Assembly (NCBI RefSeq): GCF_037042905.1
Contig: NC_087250.1
Location: 17,858,001 to 17,922,000 of the forward strand
Source of the DNA: Lytechinus pictus
Lineage: Eukaryota
Reading direction: 5' to 3'
Length of the DNA stretch: 64,000 nucleotides
The position numbers and the translations under genes were made by a program. The notes beneath the pieces are model-generated. The model had not been told where the DNA came from and did no database searches. It saw only the letters and a program-made list of their open reading frames with translations. Each line of letters begins with the position of its first letter. The stretch's first letter is position 1. Below are positions 1 through 14,280 of the stretch, one piece after another.

Positions 1-873
1 AAATCATAAAATTGCCCACACATTGGCTATAAAGTATATGCATTTGTGCTGCCGGAGTGAAATACTCTCTGAATAAATAATTTTTGACAAAATATTTATT
101 TGGCTTGATATTCAAAATGGCCGCCATAGACCCCCGTACAATACGAAAGGGGAAAATTAATTTAAAAAAAGTGAGCACTAAAATACAAGTAATTATGATC
201 TACGAGTGAAGTAGTGTCTGAAAACATGATCGCTAATGATATATTTCATTTGTTTAATAATTTCAACAGAATTTGACTTTGCTTGACTAATTGGTGTTGC
301 ATGTATGAGTGAAACATTGTCTGAAAATGTGATTTCTGACGAAATGATAATTTCTTATGTTATTTTGGTAGTAAATGCTATATTTTAACATTAAAAATGG
401 CTGCAATATGCCCTTATGTGGAAATTGTCTTTCCCCATTCATTTACATATTATGATAAGGGCCTATGGCGGCCATTTTCAAAATGCAGCATTCATTACCT
501 TTATGGCACAATATATATTTCATTAGAAATCATGGGTTTAGATAATACTTTTCACCTACATCAAAATTAAGCAATATTCAAAGTCAAACAAAGCATAATT
601 CTTTCAAAATTATCTGTCCCCAGTTACAATGTACTTCATATTTTCAGGGCCAATGGCACCCATTTTGAATTTCAAACTAAGGTATTTATCACCTTCAAGA
701 ACATTGAATATGTGATATATTTAGTTAGAAAACATGTTCAAGACAATATTTTATGGGTAAGGGCCCATAGGCGCCATTTTGAATTTAACAATACAGCAAT
801 TGTCTCATGCAAGACAAAAAAAAATGATATGTTTTGCTAGAAAACATGTTTTCAGACAATACAGTAACTGTAT

Positions 874-1134
874 CATGGCGTTAATCCGTGTTGATGGGTG
901 GGGGGGGGGGATGATTGAAATATTTTGGCATTTTTTTGCAATCATGTTTTTAGATATGCAAGGAAGTGTCATTGATATGTCCATGTGGCAAATACCCCTC
1001 CAATACTATTATCCTTTTTTACCCCATGATGATTTAATGGTTTTATTAGAGATTACATTCAAAATGAATTCATGAATAAATAATCCACTTCAATGTTCAA
1101 GCTTAAGGATATCCACACACCCACCACGCATATT

Positions 1135-1166
<32 letters not shown>

Positions 1167-2568
1167 TCTCTCTCTCTCACGCACATATAAACATGTTGTC
1201 AACATTTGCAAATCACTAAGTTTATTCAAATGATGCATCATTCTACACTATTAATCAAAGGAGAGTCATGAACACAATATATAAAACAAGATATAACTTC
1301 CTACTTTCAGACAGCGGTGTTTTAATAATAGGTCAATCTGTACATTCGGTGGCAAAAAACAAAACACGTCATGATAATCACCATGATAATAATGCTGGAT
1401 AATCTCATCGATAAAGTGTAATAATAGTAAAATAACAACAGTGAAAGAACAGAAAGACAATAAACAAAACAAGGGGATAATACTATTCCCTATTCATAAC
1501 AATGATGATGATAATAATAATAATAATAACAATAATAATTATATAATGATAATAACATTAATAATAATAATGATAATAATGATAATAATAATAATAATAA
1601 TAATAATATAATAACAATAATAATAATAATAATTAGGGCCTATGATAATATTAACAAAATAATAATTATGATAGTTAAAAGAATAATAGTGATAGAGAGT
1701 AATAATAATGCTATAAATAATAACAGTTATAAAAATGATTCTTATAATGATAATAACAGTATTAATAAAACTAATAATGATAACATTAATAGTTACAAGA
1801 ACAATATGATACGATGTAAATCCACTTGGTAGATGCTGGATGATTTGGCTTGTCATTATGAAGATGCAAGACATTCACAATCACAGGTTTGTTGACACTT
1901 TGTTGGTCTTGCTTGTCATGTTGGTCCCTGCTAGGTTCGGAGGTTGAGGCTTCTTCTTTACTGGCAGTTGAAGACTAATTTGAGACATTTTCTGCCACAT
2001 CTTCTTGTGGATCCTCTTCATCTCTTCTCTTGAAGAAAGACGCTGTTTTGCTCAATATACGTCGTTTTGAACCGGACTGGGACATGAAGCCAAAACTATA
2101 TTCCCTATTACGAGTTGTCAAGTTTATTGAAGTCAAACTAACATACATGCATTACATCAAACTCATTACAACAGCCTCGCGCGGCACGCATGATCGGAAT
2201 GCGAATACGCGCGTAAACTATATTTTTGACGTTCCATCTTAATCCCTTCCCGAAGACCCCAACATTGATGAAATGGAAGAAACGGGGATTTCTCTTCAAT
2301 GTTATAATAAGGACCTAAGTATTTCGTTTGGAAATGGTGAACAGGCTCTTTATTTGCATTTTATGATTCAATAACATTGTTTTATTTGTTAAGCGGTATT
2401 TTAGGAAGAATTTTCACCAATAAAACAATTATCTCTTGTGATTTTTTTTTAATTTCTTTCGTAAAAAGTGGGGGGGGGGGGGAAGTTTGTAAAGGCCACC
2501 CCCCCTTCCTCGAAGGGTGGGGGGGATATACATGTATCCCCCATCCCCCCCCCGGATTTACGCCAGTG
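874..2568. mobile_element. hAT-like element, same family as 4159-5612 in opposite orientation
   Basis: Same TIRs; about 2230-2500 is the reverse complement of about 4230-4500; contains (CT)n/(CA)n and (AAT)n tracts. Confidence 0.75.
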
Positions 2569-2576
2569 ATACAGTT

Positions 2577-3351
2577 ACATTCATTTTATGGTTCTTACTC
2601 TTGTGAAAATTGGTTTCTTCATTCGCACTGTACACAATACAGATAGGGCCTATGCATGCTATGGGGGCCATGTTGAATGTCAAAATACAGCATTATTACC
2701 GAATGGAAAACGAAGTGAAATCGTCTCGTTAGGAATTATGTTTTCAGACATTGCTACACCAATATTTCGCAACTATTTTATAGTCAAGCAAATCCAAATG
2801 TGAAAATTATTTTCCACTTTTATATATTGAACATAATATAAGGGGGTCTATGACATTCATTTTGAATATCATGATACAGCATTTATCACATTACATAGTA
2901 TGCAAATGACACCTTTTGTTAATAATCATTTTTTCAGACAGTAGTCCACTCGTAGATCACAATCACTTGCAATAATAGTACTCATGTTTTTAAATTATTT
3001 TTCCCCCATTCATATTCAATATAGAGAGTATGCATGGACCTATGGCGGCCATTTGACTATCAATAGAATAATTCTTTTTTCAATTATCGTTTTTCCAGAG
3101 AGATTTTACTCCTGCAAAACAACTACATGCACTTTATATTCAATGTGTGGGCAATTTTATGATTTGCATAGGTAATTTGAATATTTTGGCGGCCATATTG
3201 GATTTCGCCAATATGCGGATGCTCGAGGTTACTAGAGTGGCATCATTCAGATTCGGAATCAGCACCCTCAGATTGACACGAAACCATAAAAAAACACTGT
3301 ATTCTAAGAAAAAAAGTTCGACCCCTTCTTTATGGGGCCTATCCTGGACAA
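2577..3351. mobile_element. Academ-like non-autonomous element end (continues from 1-860, interrupted by the hAT-like element)
   Basis: ATGGCGGCCATTTT subrepeats and terminus GGCCTATCCTGGAC; homologous to 40320-40787. Confidence 0.55.
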
Positions 3352-4158
3352 ATATGTTGTAGTATGTTTTTTTTCCAAAGCTTTTTTTTTTAGACTAGCC
3401 AAACGTGTTTAGGTATGTTTTCCCCCCAAGCCTTTTCCCCGGGGTCATAATCTGGCGACAACACGTTTAGGGGCCAAAACGTGGAAATAAAGCCCGCGAA
3501 AAACTTGTTTATGGGGTTATTTTGCACACAGAGAGAAACTAGTTTGGGGGTGTTTGAAAATAATTTGGCCACGCGTGTGTACAACAATACAATTGACTGC
3601 CCCCCCCTCCCGTATCCTGGCCCACTGTACCCATTACTCACTCATGTGTACGGTCAAAATGGTAAGTACAAGTAATTTCACTAGTAGAATTCAATAAAAA
3701 CATTTTCAAAGACCGATGACGTCATCGAAATGCCCTTTCCCGATTGGCTGTTAACATTTGAAGAATCAAAAGCATATTTTTTTACAAATTTAGATTCCCC
3801 CAAATCAGTAACTCACAGAGTAATTTCAGCAATCGAAAGAAACAAACACCAAACAAGCCAAGTATATATTTTTTTGCCCGGAGTACAAACAATGAAATTT
3901 GTGACAAGGAGTACCGCTTAATCAAAGAGGGGGGGGGGGGGGGGGGCACTGGGAATCCGAGCTAGTAAAATACAAGAAATATTTTATTCCTTGAGAACAG
4001 TAAACATAACAACGTAAATTGTAAATAAATAGATACAGTAGGTGGACAAATGGGCGGGGGATAAACCCGACCCCTCCCATTTTGTTGCCATGCACCACTG
4101 GTTGTAAAAAAAAAAAGAAAAAAAATCAGGAAAAGAAAACAATTTGATGAATCAGCAC

Positions 4159-5612
4159 CACTGGCGTTAATCCGGGGGGAAGGGGGGGGGGATATACCCC
4201 CCCCAAACTTTTCGAGGAGGGGTGATGGCCTGTACAAACACACCCCCCCCCCACTTTTTACGAAAGAAATTTAAAAAAAAATCACAAGAGATAATTGTTT
4301 TATTGGTGAAGATTCTTCCTGGAATACCTCTTAACAAATAAAACAATATTATTGAATCATAAAATGCAAATAAAGAGCCAGTTCACCATTTCCAAACGAA
4401 ATACTTATGTCTAGCTTATTATAACATTGGATAGAAACTCCCGTTTCATCCAATTTATCAATGTTGGGGCCTTTGTGAAGGGATTAAGATGGAATGTCAA
4501 AAAAATTTGAATGTAATCTCTAATAAAACCATTAAACCATCATGGGGTAAAAAAAAAAAAAAAAATGTGCCCCCCCCCTAAATCGGCTGACCAAAAAAGG
4601 GGAAAGGGGAAAAGGAGAAAAGAGGGAGAAAGGAAGAGAAACGTAGTGGGAAAGAAAAACATATTATTCATTATAATGTTATTATATTATATTATATTAT
4701 ATTATATTATATTATATTATATTATATTATATTATATTATATTATATTATATTATATTATATTATATTATATTATATTATATTATGTTATGTTACATTAC
4801 ATAAGAAACATTTTTTATCATAACTTTATGAAACATAATTTGCCCAGGGCCTACGTCTTCATTGTTCCTGGTGCTTGCATTGTCTGTCCTAAAATCAGTC
4901 CTTAAGATGTCCCTTCTTCTGATCTAAATATCAAAAATTTTCAGCTCGCGCTTCGCGCTCGCATCATTTGGTAAATGAAATACGTATGGTCCTAGGTAAT
5001 TCCTACAAAGAAACCTTAGAATGCCCCACTTCAGGTCTGAATTATCTAAATTTTAAGCCCGCGCTTCGCGCTCGCAATATCTTGTTAGTGAGATGCGTAC
5101 GATAATCATGATTGCAATGACTACAAAAAGTGGTTCATGTGTTCAGATGTAATTCTAATAAAATCAGCAAGCGCTTGGCACTCGCATGAGATGACTTTAT
5201 TGAGATGTGCATACTCTTAATGGATTCCTAAAATATATTTCTTAAAATCTCGCTGTTTGGGGTAAAATCATACGAAAACTTCAGCTCGCGCTTCGCGCTC
5301 GCAATGTTTAGCGATACAGGTACCTATCATGATTACACAAATTTGATTATAATGTTCCTTTTTAGGTGTGAGTATAAAAAAATTTCAGCTCGCGCTTCGC
5401 GCTCGCATTATTTGATCAGTGAGATACATATCCGTTTAATGACATTGTCCTTAAAATGTCTCTATATTAGGTCAGTATAACTGGCAACTGAGCACGCTCA
5501 CTCAGTGATTCAAAAAAATTTCTGGTGCCCCCCAGGATCTAAAAACATGATTGCAAAAAAGCCAACATATTTCAGTCATCCCCCCACCCATCAACACGGA
5601 TTTACGTCAGTG
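4159..5612. mobile_element. hAT-like non-autonomous element with an internal insert (about 4540-5535, (TATTA)n and GCGCTTCGCGCTCGCA subrepeats)
   Basis: CACTGGCGTTAATCCG / CGGATTTACGTCAGTG TIRs, 8-bp TSD ATCAGCAC. Confidence 0.85.
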
Positions 5613-6056
5613 ATCAGCACCCTCTAATTGCCGGTACACTATAGGCCTCATGCTTAGATCTATATCTAGATCTTTAAAAATTAAAATTCTTAAACACTTA
5701 TAAAACTGCCATTAATGGCAAGACACAATGTTAGGCTAGGCTATGGCTAGCCTAGGCTAAGGCATGAACTTTATCTCAAATCTGTACCTGTCTAAGCCTG
5801 CGGCCGACTAATGGTTAAATTAGAACTGGTTAATTCTAAAGTTTACGTTTAGTTACGTTAGACCAATGAGTTTGGTAGCCTTGGTTTTATAGGTCTAATC
5901 CGTATATAAAACTAGTCCTAGATCAAAATATATTTTGTTTAGATCGAGTGTAGTAGATCTAGATCTTGATAGACCACTCTGATCGTCACGTATAACGTCA
6001 GTCACATATTAACGTCAGTGGGCAGAATATGCAAGTAAATATAAACGCGCGGCTCT

Positions 6057-7703
6057 GCTGACGTCAGCTTAACATTATCACGGAAACCCCTTCATTTTTA
6101 ATGTATTAATTATAATCCAATTTACTTCCGGTCTATCACTTGTGCACGAATAAAGGTAGTAGCAATGTCACCGCATTTAAATTTCCTGTCCATTGATACT
6201 AAATACGACATAGGTTATAACAGAAAATTTGGAGATAAACTGATTTGATCGAGTGGCATACTATACAATGCACAATATCAGCAACATTATTTGTAGACAA
6301 CGTGTGTGTCAGAAATCGGTTGCTCGTGGAAACCTAACTTCACCCACGTATTGTCATGGAAATAAATATATATAAATCACATCTAGAGCTTTCTCTCATT
6401 AGTTGGTACTGGTATTATCCTCCAAAATTCAAACGTGATTCATGCATCAGTGACCATTACTTTTAAAAGTAGCGCCCTCTAATGATTTTACAATGTTGAT
6501 CTTTGAATAGGCTCCTGCCCTGTCCCCGTTTCTCATCCAAATTTAGTGGGAATGTTTTCCTGGGCCCCGTTGTACAAAGAGTTACGATTGATCCAATCAA
6601 TCGCAACTATGGAAAGCCAGCAAAGTCAACATATGAAATGCATGTTTGTTCAAAAAAATTCTAGATATGAATCCATATCCATAATTTCATTGCTTTTTTG
6701 ACAATTTGGGGTGTCCTCCTTTGATTACAAAGGACATTTTGCAAATTTCCTGTAGAAAAAAATATGACACTGATGGATTGCCATAGAGTTACGATTAATC
6801 GGATCAATCGTAACTCTTTGTACAACAGGGCCCAGGACCCCTTGTTGTGCATATTACATCCCGTTTTCCAAAATCTTTTATGTATGACCATCCAGGCGCC
6901 ATTTTGTGAATTTCAAGTCCATTTGCATACCATCCCTAATCCCGTCCTAACTCCCTTATCCTGCATGCTACCTACTTCTAACAGATCGCTGCAGATTGTT
7001 TACGATATGTTCTTTCATAAAAAAATGATTTGCCTTTCAAATTGCCATGTTCATGCCCTAAAAATAGTCTACGTTAAAAAACTTCACATTTATTGAAATG
7101 CAAAGTCGGAAAATCGTAAAATGGCGATAACTTCCTTGCTTTTATTTATTTCGGTCTAATAATGTCAGGGTTTGCTTATGGTATTAAGCCTCACAAATCA
7201 ATAGTGTTTACGCCTTAGTAACCACTACTTTTATAAATAGCACCCTCTAAAGTTTTGAGATTGTTTATCTTTGACTGACACTCATTATGTCATGTAAGGC
7301 CAAACCGTACCTTTTCTTGGATTTAGGTTCTTGAAGATATGCCCTTTCAAGACATTGAAAAAAATATTAACCTTTTATACAATTTACGAAATATCCACAA
7401 AAAAAATAAATACGCCTGAAGATTTAAAAAATCGAAAAAAATGCACAATACTATCAGAATATCTTTAGCTTGCTCGTATCTTTTTTTTAATTCAAGCGAA
7501 ACCTTTCAAACTTGGCAGATATCAGGATTCATGTATACCTCTACTGTTCGTCAATCTTATTTGACAGGAGCTGACGTCAGCTTAAAATGATCGCGAAAAC
7601 CCTTCATTTATGATGTATTATACTCTCATTTAGTTCCGGCCTATTGCTTGTGCACAAATAAAGGTGGTAGCAATGTCACTGCATTGAAATTTCATGTCCA
7701 TTG
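6057..7703 (+). repeat. Dispersed direct repeat of about 135 bp (about 6057-6196 and 7570-7703)
   Basis: GCTGACGTCAGCTTAA...AAATTTC.TGTCCATTGA present twice. Confidence 0.7.
6560..6835. mobile_element. MITE, Harbinger-like termini
   Basis: About 50-bp TIRs CTGGGCCC.GTTGTACAAAGAGTTACGATTGATCC. Confidence 0.7.
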
Positions 7704-8559
7704 AATCAGGGTACTAATGGATAATTCGTTCTTCCTTTCTAATCATCGAAGAGCAAAAACGGAAATCAGCCCCGTGGTTCGGTCTTTGAAAACACAAAAA
7801 CGAAATCACAGCGAGAAAAAACTTGCTGTGATTTCGTTTTTGTAGATAAAAAACAGAAAATATAAATCAAGAAATACTTTTGGGCTCTTTCTGATTTCTC
7901 ATACTATATTTGTGTTTTTAGTATAAAAAACAAAATCAAAACACGCTTTTCTCTTCGTGATTCTGTATTCGGATAATCGCACATCGAACATCGAAATTGC
8001 CGTCAGCTCTCTGATTTCTGATTTGCTCTTCGTTCATCAATATTAAAGAGCGCCATCTACGTCAACAAAATGTTTAAAGCGCCATATTTCATAATTATCT
8101 TGATAGAATTAAAAATAAACCACCGTTCTAGCATATATACTGGCAAGCTATGTGTGTAGATCTGTATTCATGGTTGGTGGCTGTTTTGTTCTCTTGTGAG
8201 GGATCTTTTTATTTTTTTATTTTTGATAGATTTTATTTCATTATTCTTTTAGTTTGGGCAGATCGAGGTCAGAGGCGTCATGAGACTAAAATTTTCGGGG
8301 CAAGACACGACATAAAGGGCTCAATTAGTTTCAAAATGCTGTTTGCGAGGGAAGCGACCGAGCCAAAAATATCTTTTTAATATATAAATCAATTTGTTAT
8401 GACAGATTTTGTCATGATGTTTAAAACATATATCGAAATCAGTTGCAAGATATTGATTTATCTATCTAAAGGCTGAAGAGACTGAAGTAAAACAACTTTG
8501 ATTAATGATATTACACCCTTGATCACTGAGTAAGTTACATATTATATGATAGTATATGT

Positions 8560-9075
8560 GAGTAAATTGAATTTGAAATGGAGGCACGAGACACTCGCAT
8601 CAATGCCTTAGAATCAGAGATACAATCTTTGTTAGACCAACTTGATAAGTCTAAAGTCTGAACAGTACTCGCGCAGAAATTGTCTGATTTTCAATGGATT
8701 AAAGGAGCGAGAGAACGAAAACACTGATGAAACCATCGTCAAACTCAATGCAGATTAGCTTAATGTTGAATTAGAATAAAAAGAAATAGATAGAAGCCAT
8801 AGATTGGGTAAGAGTAAACAAAACAGAGAGAGTGGAATAACTGTGAAGTTCATGAACTACCATGTACGAGACAAAATCTACAAAAATAGGAGAAATTTCT
8901 TTATATACAGGATAATGCAATCTATATTCATGAGTCTCACAAGGAAACGAACTGATTGTATGGAGGCGATATGGACCCAAGATGGCCGCATCCTTGCCAT
9001 ATCCAAGCACACGAAAAAGCGAGTCACCATTACAAAGGAAAGTGACTTGCAGAAATTGAGAAAACCTTGAATTCT
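8560..9075 (+). pseudogene. CR1/L2-type LINE ORF1 fragment
   Basis: EQYSRRNCL, EIDRSHRLGK, ITVKFMNY..RDKIY and IWTQDGRI motifs across frameshifts. Confidence 0.72.
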
Positions 9076-10910
9076 TCACCATTGATTTGATATTTCTTAT
9101 AAGAAAGACCAAATCTTATCCATTAAATTCCCCATTCTCGATTAATCTTCTAAAAAAGACCAAGTCTCGTGTATTAGCCCTAAGCTGAGACGTCCAGAGC
9201 TGCTCTAATGTTGAATCATGTCTCTTCTCTTGTGTTCGAGGAAAGCATTTCAATTGGCCCGAAGTACACCAATGAATATTGGAGCCACTCCCTGTCAAGA
9301 CTTAATCCTTTTATTGACAGCTCAAACACTGATGCACGCATCAATGAAAAGGAAAAGCTCGACCTTTCGCTGATGGAGCAAGAACTCCGTTTACTACAAT
9401 AAAGATTTCCAACCTTTTGTCGCGGCTCTCTATTTATGAGCAGGACTGGCACTTGAGCGAGAAACACAGTACTCCTATCATGTTCGCACGGCTTATCATC
9501 CAGCGTGTATTGCAAAATAATCCCGACCTTTCGTTTGAGAACGCGATCGCTTATTTGCGACGGTAGTTGATTTTGGAAGAGATTTTTGGGCCCGTCGTCA
9601 TGGTCGTTAAACTCTGTCCTGCAATGCAAATCGTGTGACATGAGATTTTTTTCGTTTCGCATCTGGAACGGAAACATTCAATCTGCGTTTCGTGTGCAAG
9701 TTCTGGTTGCTACTATGGTAACAGCGATATATCCGATTTAGGACGACTTTCCAAAGCCACATTTGGTTCCTCCCAGAGCTCGAGAGGCCGCCCGCGGGGC
9801 CCACTTCCATTGAAGAGTGGATACCAGGCGCGACCACGCGTAAAAAGGGAAAGAGTGGGCAAGGACGGTACGTATAGGTCTATGTTACGTAATAAGGGTG
9901 TCAAAAACGATGTTTAAAATACTTAAAATGAGGAAATGTTTTCAATACTTGTAGGGTTTCACAAGCTAAATACTTGTTAAAAGATGCATTTTTATAATCT
10001 GGAAAAGCCTTGTTTCCCTTGTTTAGGGTGCTTTTCGAAACCGCGTGGTCGTGCTTGGTATCCACTCATCAATGGAAGTGGTCCCTACTGGAATTCGAAT
10101 CTAATCCCCATTTCTGGGGAAAGTAAACCATAATGCCCATTACATTGTGTGCTAGAGGCATATCGTTTGTGTAGGAGTAAATAAAAGAAAAAAACCCCGC
10201 AAATTCGGCTGGTACGTGTTCAGACATATACATGCAGTGTACATAATCAACGCATGCGAAATGGTTTCGGCTGGAGAGGTGATTTGACCATGGAATCAAT
10301 TGCCAGAGATCCACCAATAATCCACATTAAATGCAATATCGATTCGATGGACTGGAATGATCTACATCTAAGCCTTAATTCAGTAACCTTTTCCTCACTC
10401 AATATGCACTCGATTTGTTTGAAAAAACTCTTTCTTATCTATGTCATAATCTATTGTAGGTCCTGCATTTCGAATATCTCCAGCCATCAGTCGTAATGTA
10501 CATGCATGTATGGTGCGGGTGTCGCGGGAAGAATTTTGCACACGAAAAACAGATCTGTAGGGTCTGTAACCCCGCTGTAACACAAAGCTTAGCATTGATT
10601 GTAGAGCAGTTTTCTACGTTTGATTCTATTGACTATAATCAGATAATGTACAATCAATCCTAAAAATCAAGTGTATGATTAAGCGTTAACTTTTGTGTTA
10701 GGGGACCATAATATTAGCGTCCGTGAGGATTGCGAAAGGTGGCTATTCGGTCGCCCGCTGGCTGTATTATTCCCCTTACCTCATTGACTTTGATTTTATC
10801 TGAAATATTCGAACTGATTTTTGTTTTAGTTTTTCCCCTATACTCATTCCATCGTCTTATATGTGACCGTATCATAAAGCTTCCCTAGATGGAGTTTAGT
10901 ATCTACGAAT

Positions 10911-11477
10911 CCCGGGGGAGGGGCACTTACATTGACGAGTGGATGCCATGCGCGACCCCCCCAAAAACACGTAAAAACAAAGTCTTTTTCAAAATTGGCC
11001 ACGTTACGTACGTAACGTAATAAGGGTGCCAAAAACACTAAAATAATGAAAAAAGTGCATCTATTTTGCCAAGAAAGCTACGTGTTTAGGATCAAATATG
11101 TGAAGGTATAAAAAAATTAAAATCTTTTATAAAGGATGTACTTTTTGCCCCAACAGTCAACACTACGTATTTCGAGTACGATTTGAACGAGGTGTGGGAG
11201 GTGGGGCCGTACTCTGGCTAAAGGTAAAACCGATGACCGAAGGACCCGTGACATAACAATTAAAATATCGCTGTACTTGTTTAGGGGTTCAATTCAGGAA
11301 ATACTTGCCAAGAGTATCGTGTTCCTCCCAATATTTGTTATGGGTAGGGTTTCACACACCAATACATGTTAAGGGGTGCACTTTCAGAATATGGAAAATA
11401 CTTGTTTAGGGTCCTTTTCGAGACCCCATACTCGCGCATGGTATCCACTCGTCAATGAAAGTGGCCCCCTCCACGGG
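10911..11477. mobile_element. MITE family with CCGGGG..CACTT.CATTGACGAGTGGATACCA TIRs; shorter copy at about 9791-10085
   Basis: TIRs visible; full-length reverse-orientation copy at 30769-31318. Confidence 0.75.
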
Positions 11478-11762
11478 CTACAAATATCCATGTCAGGGGC
11501 GGATCCAGCCTTCGCCAATGGGGGGGGGGGGGGGGGGGGGGTTTCAGCCATATTTTCCTCGATCGGCCGCTCGAAGAGGATTTTTGGTTTCTTTGAAGGG
11601 TAGTCCTAATAGTCACGTTTTAGCTTTATTCTTATCAATCAACATAAATATATAATATCATAATCCTCATTTATATAATGCGAGCGCGAAGCGCGCGCTA
11701 TTTTTTTGGGAAATCTCATGTATTTTTTCCTAAATTTAAACATTCTGGGCAATGTTTGTTAT

Positions 11763-12747
11763 TGTTATATATAAGAAGAATTGTAAGAGTAATTACATTC
11801 ATTAATTTAGTTATTTCCTCTTTAAGAATATTTTGGAATGATTAAGAATGTTCCAGAATGCTCTATAGTACAGCTGTGTTACACATGAGTAATCTTTGAA
11901 TAATCTTTGTTATCTCTGGTATGTCCCAAGAGAGACAATACAGACTGCTAAACAATAGAGATTGCTCTATAATAGTCTTGTATTGGTAGTGGAAATACAC
12001 AATAGGATTAGCTATGTGTTGATTTCACTGAGGTCATTCAGGAATGTTTTTAAAGACAATACTAGAACCTTCCATAATAGTGAATACTATATAGAAGCCT
12101 CTAGAATAGTGAATACTAGAATAATCTAGAATAGCTGAAATGTGCATATAAAAGCTGCAGTTTCTACAAGGACTTCATCACATCATACTAGATCACAGAC
12201 TTGATCATATCAGATCACTTCATCACATCAGATCAGAACTCAGAGTTTCTCGCCAGACTTTATGTCAGAGCAGAGTTTATTTCCACCTGGAATATTTATC
12301 TTCTGTGGAATTATTTGCCCGCCATCAATGAACTGTTTGCAGTTATTTTGAGAGAGGAATTCTCAGTTCTCATCGAGATCATCAACATCATCAACCTGTT
12401 TAATGAACGCTTTTCAACCCATGGATTGCTGAAATTGACTGTTAATCATCATCAACATCGTCTTTGCGGACATTCCAACTCGTTACAGTGACTCTTGTTA
12501 TTCATCGTGCTTCAACATCAGTTTCATCGTCGCCATCTTTGTAAACAGAGTTTTCGCCAGCCAACTGGGATACTATCATTTGGATCATAAATTCGGAATA
12601 ACGCCAGAACTGATTTCAAGAGATTGTTGTAAGATATTTTGTTTTAATTTTGTTAGCTAATATACTTGTATTTATTGTAATAAAAGAAAGGGAACACAAA
12701 TTTAAATATCAATTTTTTTCACTGTTATTTGTTGCAGTATCGTAACA
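11763..12747 (+). mobile_element. Solo LTR, 985 bp
   Basis: TGTTA...TAACA termini, 4-bp TSD TTAT, TATAAAA near 12148, AATAAA near 12679. Confidence 0.8.
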
Positions 12748-13216
12748 TTATCCTGAAAAAGATGTGCATATGCAACTAAATAACTACTGCGAACACGAAG
12801 CGCGAGCAGAAATAAACTGATAAATACGGTACCTAATAAAGACTGCATGCAGTTAGCCATGAAGACGTTACATACTTCAAAAACCAAATAATGCGAGGGC
12901 GAAGCGTGAGCTGAATTTTTCTGACATTTTTACCAAAAGAATGGAAATTCTAAGCACTTTTTGTAACTTGAACATAATAGGTATATAACTAAACAATTGA
13001 TGCGAGCGCAAAGCGCGAGCGGAAAAATAAATCGAGAATTAGACCTAAAAACATGACACTCTATTCATGTTTTGTAAATCATGAAGAGAATGAGTAATAG
13101 GGGATTTTCTACATTAATAATGCGAGCACAAAGCGCGAGCAGAAAAAAAAAATTATATTGTGATCTGAAACTGGATAATGATTTAAATAGACAAGTTGAG
13201 TATCGAATAAACATGC

Positions 13217-14162
13217 TGTCACACCTGAATAAATTCAAATGGACATAACTTGTGTCGAATGGTGACTCTCTCAACTCACTACTGTAAAACTAAATAAATG
13301 ACCATGGAAGACAATTATTATTTAGTTCAACAAATAAAATATGTTTAGTTTTATTACTCGTTTTCCGGCTTCAACTTCCAACATTTAAATTCAATCTTCT
13401 GGTTTTGGTGGACCAGAATAAACAGAAGATAAACAATAATAACAAAAATATATTCAACTCGAAGGAAGTTACACAATAGTATATATATGGTTACAAAACA
13501 ATGCTTTAAGTCTCTGGAGGGTATAAATAAAATAACCCACTTTAATCAACTGTTGCTTCCTGCTAAAAATTCATGAGGAGTAACGAATGAGTAAAACGAG
13601 CGATGATAAACGACCATCATCAGATCTTGTCAGCGAGGGTGCTGTCCGTTCTTGGTGGGTGCCCTCTAATAAACCTTTACTCCTACTCTTGACTGGTCTG
13701 GTCAATGGCTGAAAATGAGCTGCCAGACTTCTTTACTTCTGAAGAACCACTGGGTGAACTCCCAGGTAGATGAAGAAGAACCCATAGTTTGACTGGGATG
13801 ACTAAATGCAGGAAATCAGGAACAGGCCTCCATGTTGGTTTAGTGAATCTTGACTCTGGAATATAGTTTTATTGCAGCGCAAGTGTTTGGCTTAAAACTC
13901 TAACTCTCCATTTCCAATCACCCAACTGGACCCAAGGACCAATAGGTCCTGCCTGTGTGAAAGCTGTGCAGATAGTGAGGTACTCCTGCTAAAACAGGCA
14001 ACCCACCCAGTTCAAAAATGCTGAGTATGTTAATTACAATTAAGTGCGATGGAGCCTAACCACTGAGCCTAACTACTCACTATTCACTCCAGAGCACTAT
14101 TGTGCATTACATAATACAAAGGATTAAGAATACACTTGAGGGGGAAGGTTGAATCTCTAACA
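13217..14162 (-). repeat. 3' LTR of the Gmr1-type element
   Basis: Direct repeat of 19237-20182; polypurine tract (AAGGAGGGGGTGA on minus) immediately adjacent at 14163-14175. Confidence 0.96.
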
Positions 14163-14280
14163 TCACCCCCTCCTTAAGAAAATATTTCATATTTACATTA
14201 AATATTCAATCTATCCCCAAAAGTGGATTGACATAGAAATAAATCTAAGCTCTCTTGCTTTACTTAAACTTAATTCAAAC

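Noticed and set aside
1539..1874. Ile-rich ORF, and similar YI/IY, poly-E and poly-F/S ORFs at 4565, 28564, 35938, 44851 and 55311
   Set aside because: Translations of microsatellites
1820..2085. Minus-strand MSQSGSKRRILSKTASFFKRRDEED, like a transposase N-terminus inside the hAT-like element
   Set aside because: Early stop and no catalytic motifs; cannot be supported
4940..5410. Regularly spaced GCGCTTCGCGCTCGCA motifs resembling a CRISPR array
   Set aside because: Eukaryotic context, spacers are similar to one another, no cas genes; these are transposon subrepeats
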